IMG/VR virus record: IMGVR_UViG_3300025018_000389
Location: 1 to 31,900 of that record
Reading direction: 5' to 3' (one strand)
Length of the DNA stretch: 31,900 nucleotides
Source: a virus
Taxonomy: Duplodnaviria > Caudoviricetes
Shown here: positions 25,622-31,900 of the stretch, piece by piece
Numbering within the stretch: position 1 is the first letter of the stretch
Layout of the letters: each line of letters starts with the position of its first letter
Made by a program: the position numbers and the translations under genes
Notes under the pieces: generated by a model
Seen by the model: the letters and a program-made list of their open reading frames with translations, nothing else
Databases searched by the model: none
What the model was told of the DNA's origin: nothing

Positions 25622-27997
25622 ATGGACTTACTTTCAAGAATTATACAATTAGGGAAAGCTGGAGGAAAAAAAATAGCACCATTCGTGTTGTCTCCTGTTG
25701 TGAGAGATGTGGCAAAAACCGTTGGAGGAATCGGCGGAATGACCAAAGACTATTTTGAATACAACTCAGCCGGCTCACAACCTGAAAAACAAAAACAACT
25801 TATTGAATATAATCAAAAAAGAAATAATGTGAATAATGTACTCTCAGGTTTTGGTTTCGATGCAAGCAAAACGGGAAATCAATTTGATCCTGTACAGTAT
25901 GGTAAGAAAGTAGGTCTTGGAGGCATCGAGCTTGCTACACAAAGACTTCCTTTTGGTAAAATCCCGGGTGGGATCAATAAAATAGCAAATCCTATTTTAA
26001 AAAATATCGCACGTCTCGGAATAGGATACGGTGTACCCGCAGGATATCAGGCAGGAGCGCAAACTGCATACGACACGGATGGTGATATAAAATCAACATT
26101 GAAGTCAGTGCCTACGGGAGGGCTATTTGGAGCAGGAGTTGCTGGGGCCGGAAAGATTGGAATCGGCGGACTTAATCTCATTACGAAGAATTTTAAAAAC
26201 TTTTCTAGCTCATTAGAAGACATAGCTGCACAATCACTTACAAAGGCTACGCCTCAACAGTATCAGAAGGCAGTAGAAGAGGCGGGGGTAGACATAAACA
26301 AGCTTGTGAAAAAATATATTCCAGCGGGATCGAATTTTGATGATATTGTGGGAGACATCAGTAAACGAGGGAAAGGTGGCGTGGTAAAAGATCTTTTAGA
26401 CAAACAAGAAAGTATTATACAAGGTACGGCTAAGAGGGCTGGATCAACAGTAAAACTCTTTGGTGATGACCTAATAAAATCTCTGAAAAAGGAATCGAGA
26501 ATTATACAGGATGAGCTCGGCGGAGGAAATAGAGATAAGGCAATCAAAAGTCTTGTTGCTGAGGCTGAGAAGAAGTATAAAAATGGAATTACTGTCAAAA
26601 AAGCAGTAGATATATTGAGGCGTGCAAACAAGAAGTTTGGTAAAAATATAGTTGATTCAGATCCAGGGGATGCCATCGCAAATGCAGCACAGAAGCTTGA
26701 GGGGAATGTGATGAGAAAAGCTCTCAAAACAATGTTTCCCGATATGGCAGACGCTCTCGATACGCAATCTGAGCTATTGACTTTACGACCACTTTTAAAT
26801 AGAGCTCGATCAATAAATTCTACGCCAGGATCATCTATAAGGACGGGAACATTGGATGCCTTGGATTTAAGTAAACCATTATCTATTCCAAAGCGACTAA
26901 TGGAAGCAAGAGCTAGTAATCCTGAAACTGCATCGAATGTTATGCAAGGGAAAGATGGTTTTGCAAACTTAACCAATATCTTGGGTAAAATACCAGAGAT
27001 AGACAGCAATAGTGGTATACAATCACTCCTTTCGAGACTTGGAGCTAGAGCTGCCTCCGCTATAAATACTCCCGATCAAAACAAGAACAATGCACAGAGC
27101 TATCCAAATAACGTACCCCTTAATAACGAAGTTGACAATGAAATCAATCAAAGTAGTAATTTAAATACTAATACCCAAATTTTACCACAAAACACAGAAA
27201 GTCAAGGGGGTTTTGATCCTGAATCACTCATGAAGCAAGGATATCAGCAGTCTCAAGATGGCCAGTACTTGATAAATCCACAGACTCAAGATGCTTTATC
27301 AACAGATGGACAGTGGAAATTTGACTATGAACAGAATGACTGGGTACCAAATCCTCAAGCATCTCAGCCACAAGGAAATGCACAGCTAGATGATATTTCC
27401 TCACAACTAGAGCAAGGGATGATAAATGCACTTAATGCAGGGGATTATAAAGCCTTCTCACAACTCCTTGATATGAGCAATAAGACTGGCTCGATGGGTG
27501 GAGTAAATAAAGATCAGATATCAGGAGAAACCGACTTGAGAAAAGAGTTTGTAGGTAGAGCAAAGGAATTTGACGTCATAAAGCAGTCTTATGACAAAAT
27601 TTCAAACGCCTCACCGAATCCACAAGGGGATATGTCGCTTATATTTGCATATATGAAAATGCTTGATCCTGGATCTACGGTACGCGAAGGAGAGTACGCA
27701 AATGCAGAAAGCACAAGAAGTGTACCAGAAGAGGTAAGAGCGTCATACAATAAAGCGCTGAAAGGTGAAAAGCTTTCTGAAGGTCAAAGAGCAGGTTTTA
27801 AAAATGAGGCAGCTGTAATATACAATAGCGCATTAAATCAGCAACAGACTTTGATGGGAGAATACGAAGGGCTTGCTGGACAATATGGGCTTGATCCATC
27901 GAGGATTGTGGGTCAAAGCTACAAAGAACTAAAAAAGGCTGAAAAAATGCAAGTACCACAGGAGCGAAATATATTGCAGCAAATTCTAGGGCTATAA
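25622..27997 (+). CDS. Large putative internal virion/DNA-ejection protein
   Basis: 791 aa with Gly-rich hydrophobic helices, an N/Q-rich linker and C-terminal KMLDPGSTVREGE. Podovirus ejection-gene position. Confidence 0.6.
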   Translation: MDLLSRIIQLGKAGGKKIAPFVLSPVVRDVAKTVGGIGGMTKDYFEYNSAGSQPEKQKQLIEYNQKRNNVNNVLSGFGFDASKTGNQFDPVQYGKKVGLGGIELATQRLPFGKIPGGINKIANPILKNIARLGIGYGVPAGYQAGAQTAYDTDGDIKSTLKSVPTGGLFGAGVAGAGKIGIGGLNLITKNFKNFSSSLEDIAAQSLTKATPQQYQKAVEEAGVDINKLVKKYIPAGSNFDDIVGDISKRGKGGVVKDLLDKQESIIQGTAKRAGSTVKLFGDDLIKSLKKESRIIQDELGGGNRDKAIKSLVAEAEKKYKNGITVKKAVDILRRANKKFGKNIVDSDPGDAIANAAQKLEGNVMRKALKTMFPDMADALDTQSELLTLRPLLNRARSINSTPGSSIRTGTLDALDLSKPLSIPKRLMEARASNPETASNVMQGKDGFANLTNILGKIPEIDSNSGIQSLLSRLGARAASAINTPDQNKNNAQSYPNNVPLNNEVDNEINQSSNLNTNTQILPQNTESQGGFDPESLMKQGYQQSQDGQYLINPQTQDALSTDGQWKFDYEQNDWVPNPQASQPQGNAQLDDISSQLEQGMINALNAGDYKAFSQLLDMSNKTGSMGGVNKDQISGETDLRKEFVGRAKEFDVIKQSYDKISNASPNPQGDMSLIFAYMKMLDPGSTVREGEYANAESTRSVPEEVRASYNKALKGEKLSEGQRAGFKNEAAVIYNSALNQQQTLMGEYEGLAGQYGLDPSRIVGQSYKELKKAEKMQVPQERNILQQILGL

Positions 27998-28381
27998 TAG
28001 ATCAAAAGGCTCAACATTGTACTTAGAAAGACATAATCTAAAAAGTATATTTCCAAGTTTTTCATATTCTTCAATTGAGATGCCTCCTCCGGCCTGTATA
28101 TTATTTCGTAAATTACTTGAACAATGAGAAACGACATCTTCTTTTGATAGATATTGTAAATATTCAAAATCAATTTCTAATCCGTCCCTGATCATACTTC
28201 TAATTGTTGTGGAATTTCCCTCCATATCCTCGATTGGTTGATCGATGATTAATTTGTTGATCGTTACGATAGGCTTTCTGGTAGTTTTGCGAACTTCTTT
28301 TTTTGAAATCAATTCTTGTGAAAAAAAACCCAAGATAAAAATTACTAAAGCAACGACCAAAATAGATAATTTTCTATACAT
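27992..28381 (-). CDS. Antisense-oriented membrane-anchored protein (moron-like)
   Basis: MYRKLSILVVALVIFILGFF anchor. GAGGGG precedes ATG 28381. Confidence 0.6.
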   Translation of the reverse strand: MYRKLSILVVALVIFILGFFSQELISKKEVRKTTRKPIVTINKLIIDQPIEDMEGNSTTIRSMIRDGLEIDFEYLQYLSKEDVVSHCSSNLRNNIQAGGGISIEEYEKLGNILFRLCLSKYNVEPFDLL

Positions 28382-28409
28382 CCCCTCAATATACATCCAT
28401 ATTTCAAAA

Positions 28410-28511
28410 TTTACAATAATGTCATAAAAAGGTATAATAGAAGTACCGCATAAAGAGGGCGGCAATATGTGTTCATAGAAGACACTGCATTATCAGTCAG
28501 TGTCTTTTTTT
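28410..28511 (+). promoter_or_regulatory. Repeated late leader, copy D, before the fibre/lysis block
   Basis: TTTACA-17-TATAAT; CCGC-ataaagagg-GCGG-CA; AGAAG; GACACTG/CAGTGTC stem with T7 abutting ATG 28512. Confidence 0.8.
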
Positions 28512-29087
28512 ATGAGTACAAACTATCCAGGTACGATCAACACATTCACAGATCCATCAGGTACATCTCCCCTTGCGTCAGGCCCAGATCATGCTCAACT
28601 TCATACAGATGTCAATGATACCCTCGAAGCAGTACAAACAACTCTCGGAACAACCGCGGGGACAAGTGTACTTAAAGATTTCTCAGCGGGACAATTCCCC
28701 GTAAGACATACAGGAGGTACTTTGCAACAAGTCATAGCCGCAGGTACATACACAACAAGGGTAATTGGAAGTGCCGTTTATCAAGGAACAGTTTCAGGAA
28801 CGACAACGATTGATTTATCTACTGCAACGCGACACCTTGTCAATATGCCAAACAGCGCAGGCGCTGTCACTCTTGCAGTATCAAATGTAGTCGTAAATAA
28901 GCCATTTATGATTGAAGCACTTCAAGGAACTGCGGGTCTTGGAACGATTACATGGTTTTCCACAATTCGTTGGGCAGGGTCAGCTACTCCAACTCCAACC
29001 GCAACAGCAAGTCGCAAGGATACATTTGGATTTATACCAACAGGTACAGCGACTTTTGACGGTTATATAGTTGGACAAAATATTTGA
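28512..29087 (+). CDS. Tail fibre/spike-associated protein
   Basis: MSTNYP..I..F...HAQLH..VND.LEAVQ..LG attachment-like N-terminus and ITW...IRWAG...PT...DTFGF C-terminal module. Confidence 0.7.
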   Translation: MSTNYPGTINTFTDPSGTSPLASGPDHAQLHTDVNDTLEAVQTTLGTTAGTSVLKDFSAGQFPVRHTGGTLQQVIAAGTYTTRVIGSAVYQGTVSGTTTIDLSTATRHLVNMPNSAGAVTLAVSNVVVNKPFMIEALQGTAGLGTITWFSTIRWAGSATPTPTATASRKDTFGFIPTGTATFDGYIVGQNI

Positions 29088-29157
29088 TGACCATAACAAT
29101 TTCACAATAAAAATATATGGGAGTTGGACCAACATCATAACAAATTAAAACAAAACT

Positions 29158-29853
29158 ATGGCAGTAGATGACAGTAACACAAAAGCACTTCTCCACATGG
29201 ATGGGGCAGATGCTTCAACAACATTTACCGACGAAAGTGGTAAGACATGGACACCAGCAGGATCAGCGCAGATAGATCAAGGATTTCAGAAGTTTGGTAC
29301 TGGATCGGGGATGTTTAATGGAAGTAGTGATTATTTAACAACACCAGATAGTACTGATTTTGATTTAGGAGAAGTTTGGACTATTGATTTCTGGGTACGA
29401 TTTAATTCACGAACAGGTAATCAGTGCTTTCTACACCAATACGAAGGTGGATTGAGATTTTATACGTTCAGAATAGATGCGACAAATAATAATCTTAGAA
29501 TGAGATTTTATTATGGCGCAGAGTATGGACAATGGGTAACGTCTACCAATCCAACTATAAATACAAACACATGGTATCACATAGCTTACGTGCGAAATGG
29601 TGCAAGTAGATATATTTTTCTTGATGGAGTATCACAAGCACTCACAACAGTAAATGCTCATGTCGGAAATATTACTTTAGCAGGACAAGCAAATCTGGCA
29701 AGAAATCAAGACTTAGGTGGAGAGTATATCAATGGTTGGATAGATGAGTTTAGATTATCAAAAGGAATAGCACGATGGACTGCTAATTTTACACCTCCAA
29801 CAAGTGCATATGGAATAGTTCCAAGTACGGGAGCTTTTTTTCAATTTCTTTGA
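29158..29853 (+). CDS. LamG/concanavalin A-like domain protein (putative receptor binding)
   Basis: LLHMDG, WTIDFWV, WYHIAYVR and GWIDEFRLSKGIARWTANFTPP. Confidence 0.85.
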   Translation: MAVDDSNTKALLHMDGADASTTFTDESGKTWTPAGSAQIDQGFQKFGTGSGMFNGSSDYLTTPDSTDFDLGEVWTIDFWVRFNSRTGNQCFLHQYEGGLRFYTFRIDATNNNLRMRFYYGAEYGQWVTSTNPTINTNTWYHIAYVRNGASRYIFLDGVSQALTTVNAHVGNITLAGQANLARNQDLGGEYINGWIDEFRLSKGIARWTANFTPPTSAYGIVPSTGAFFQFL

Positions 29854-29869
29854 CAATTTTTATAAATAT

Positions 29870-30790
29870 ATGAATATCATACAAGACCAATCACCAAACT
29901 ATTCAACAGACAGAGCAGGAAAGACTATAAATACTATTGTTCTTCATTCTACATATGGCTCATATTTAGGATCAGTCGCATGGCTCAAAAATCCAGCATC
30001 TAAAGTATCATCCCACTACATCATCAGTCGAGAGGGTGAAATCAGAAAGCTTGTAAGTGAATCAAATACGGCGTGGCATGCGGGGAACTTTTCTGTTAAT
30101 CAGGAAAGTATCGGTATCGAAACGACTGACAACAAACAAAAAGATATAACGCAAAAAGCAAAAGATGCACTCATCTGGTTGGTTGCAGATATCAAATCAA
30201 GATACAACATTCAAAATATCAAATTTCATCGAGAGATAGTACCTACTGCCTGTCCATATTTGAACATTGATAAGGCATGGTTTAACATTTTACCCAATAC
30301 TATGGAAATATCAAAAGAACTGTATGAGTCATTAGTCGAAGGTGCTACCAATTGGAAGGAAACCGCACTGTATTTACACGTTGAATCAATGGGTGCAAAG
30401 CAGTACGAAAAAGCAATTGCCAAAATCAAAACACTTGAGAAATCTTTGCGTGGATGGGATATCAAACTTTCAGAATCCAGTAAGTTAGTTAAGCAGTTGG
30501 AGTATGAAGTTGAAAGATTGGAATCAGACCGCACCAGAGCCCTAGATGCACTTGAGGAATCAGGCAAAAAGATTATCAGTCTTAACGAATCTCTGCTAAA
30601 AGCACAAGAACAGATAGACAAACTGTCAGAAAAGCCAGAACCAAAGCCAGAGACGCCTTATGAGAGACTGTTTAATGAGTGTGTAACTGATAAAGAAAAA
30701 CTTGAAAATGAATACTCACAAAACTTTGTGAAAAAATCAAACCATAAGGGGATCGCACGAATTCAGGAGATTTTATCAACACTTATATAA
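29870..30790 (+). CDS. N-acetylmuramoyl-L-alanine amidase (Amidase_2) endolysin with C-terminal coiled coil
   Basis: IVLHST, SSHYII, AWHAG, SIGIE and HREI..TACP. Confidence 0.9.
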   Translation: MNIIQDQSPNYSTDRAGKTINTIVLHSTYGSYLGSVAWLKNPASKVSSHYIISREGEIRKLVSESNTAWHAGNFSVNQESIGIETTDNKQKDITQKAKDALIWLVADIKSRYNIQNIKFHREIVPTACPYLNIDKAWFNILPNTMEISKELYESLVEGATNWKETALYLHVESMGAKQYEKAIAKIKTLEKSLRGWDIKLSESSKLVKQLEYEVERLESDRTRALDALEESGKKIISLNESLLKAQEQIDKLSEKPEPKPETPYERLFNECVTDKEKLENEYSQNFVKKSNHKGIARIQEILSTLI

Positions 30791-30797
30791 TTAACAA

Positions 30798-30998
30798 ATG
30801 AACAACAATAAATCACAAGAATACGGAGAATTCAAAGGTAAAACAGAAGCTATCCTTACTGACATACTGGGAGAGATCAAAGGTTTGCGACATGACGTAG
30901 ACAGTCTCAAAGGTTGGAAATCATACACAATAGGAATAGGAGCAATGGCGGGATTAGTGGCGGCTTTTTTAAAGGATTTTATTAAAATTAAAATTTAA
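30798..30998 (+). CDS. Small coiled-coil plus TM protein (lysis cassette, XhlA-like)
   Basis: Coiled N-terminus and C-terminal hydrophobic helix, after the endolysin. Confidence 0.55.
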   Translation: MNNNKSQEYGEFKGKTEAILTDILGEIKGLRHDVDSLKGWKSYTIGIGAMAGLVAAFLKDFIKIKI

Positions 30999-31036
30999 TA
31001 ATTTCAGAAAAGAATTAAAAGTTATAATCAAAAACC

Positions 31037-31228
31037 ATGAAAGACATAAAAAATAGGCTAACCAGCCGTAAGCTCTGGATGACAATAGGGGGATTAGTAG
31101 GATTACTCTTGGTAGGTGCTACAGGTCAGATGGAGTGGGCAGATGTGTTTGATAAGCTCACCATCTTGATCGTGGCGTATATTGGTATTGAGGGTGGCAA
31201 TGACATCCTAAAAACTATCAAAAAATGA
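31037..31228 (+). CDS. Putative holin
   Basis: RLTSRKLW start, two TM helices and AYIGIEG..D. Confidence 0.7.
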   Translation: MKDIKNRLTSRKLWMTIGGLVGLLLVGATGQMEWADVFDKLTILIVAYIGIEGGNDILKTIKK

Positions 31229-31240
31229 TAAAATATAAAT

Positions 31241-31447
31241 ATGGAATATGATTATGTACCACCAGTCAAAGAATTTCAAAACGATCAAGGATTTTGGGAG
31301 GCTGTAGCTCCTGCACTACTCTTTCGACCTATTGATGAAGTAATAAATGTTGCCGCATCTGTGGGAGCATGGGACATCCAGAGACAAGCCTTAAAGGATA
31401 AAGGGTATTTGACAGGAACTTTACAAACACCGGAAACTTATGTTTGA
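31241..31447 (+). CDS. Hypothetical protein
   Basis: 68-aa ORF overlapping the next gene. Confidence 0.5.
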   Translation: MEYDYVPPVKEFQNDQGFWEAVAPALLFRPIDEVINVAASVGAWDIQRQALKDKGYLTGTLQTPETYV

Positions 31448-31760
31448 AAGAGACAGAAGATTGGACATACCAACTATAGCAATGGCAGGGATGTTTTCTG
31501 TAGCTATGCTTGGTATTGTTGATTCCGACTTATATATCCCACCGGCAATGGCGACACCCTTTGGCATTATCAACTTTGAAGATGTGAATCCGCTTATACA
31601 AGCTCATGAACAAGCTCATATGAGGCATTATCAATCAGGAGATCTTGATTTTTGGAAATATTTAACAAATAAAAATTATAGATGTGCTGAGGAACAGAAA
31701 GCAAATTTAGAAGCAAAAATATTTCCTATAAATGATCATCCCGCATGTTATAACAAATAA
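31440..31760 (+). CDS. Small HExxH metallopeptidase-like protein with N-terminal hydrophobic segment
   Basis: AHEQAH motif and downstream AEEQKA. Confidence 0.55.
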   Translation: MFERDRRLDIPTIAMAGMFSVAMLGIVDSDLYIPPAMATPFGIINFEDVNPLIQAHEQAHMRHYQSGDLDFWKYLTNKNYRCAEEQKANLEAKIFPINDHPACYNK

Positions 31761-31900
31761 ATATATATATATAGTTATATATACAAAACGCTACATGGCA
31801 CATACAGTTGTAACGATCTAAATCGATATTTATATAAAAATTAATCAAAAAATAACTACGTAAATAAATATATATGGAACGATTCACTCCTACTCAAAAA

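Noticed and set aside
26263-27009. 248-aa minus-strand ORF and other antisense ORFs in the track (e.g. 10254-10652, 11480-11974, 30226-30621)
   Set aside because: They shadow well-supported plus-strand genes and show no motifs.
25622-27997. 791-aa protein as a tape measure protein
   Set aside because: No tail tube or chaperone genes and no TMP periodicity were recognised. The context fits podovirus ejection proteins.
7156-28511. Repeated leaders as a dispersed CRISPR array or mini-arrays
   Set aside because: No identical direct repeats, spacers are only 10-17 nt, no cas genes, and copies sit strictly at operon starts.
1-31900. Alternative genetic code, diversity-generating retroelement, tRNA genes or introns
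   Set aside because: Genes are intact in code 11. I saw no reverse transcriptase, TR/VR pair, cloverleaf or interrupted core gene by eye.
31756-31900. AT-rich tail with (AT)n run as an att site or genome end
   Set aside because: Low complexity with no matching repeat found in the window. It cannot be evaluated without flanking sequence.

Overview
The window is most of a tailed, probably temperate and probably podovirus-like phage or prophage, with no tape-measure gene seen. Positions 1-3415 (minus strand) are an early/replication operon: HTH protein, ERF ssDNA-annealing protein, replication initiator with internal iterons and a lytic transglycosylase. A divergent tyrosine-recombinase gene follows, with an atypical active site. 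The long plus-strand late region runs: Com-like zinc ribbon, NDP-sugar SDR, split transketolase, TerS/TerL, portal, scaffold, major capsid, FkbM methyltransferase, GT8- and GT4-like glycosyltransferases, HNH-AP2, tail and ejection proteins, LamG protein, amidase and holin. Two signals stand out. First, a non-coding element recurs six times ahead of late gene blocks (sigma70 promoter, 5' hairpin, CA, spacer, AGAAG, then a terminator or start-occluding hairpin), suggesting a coordinated attenuation switch with the Com-like protein as candidate activator. Second, outer virion proteins show a strong directional Gly-Thr enrichment (about 82 GT in about 2,400 aa by hand count) alongside a phage-encoded sugar synthesis, methylation and transfer kit, suggesting virion O-glycosylation at a G-T sequon. 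All product calls come from motif recognition and gene order, with no database searches.
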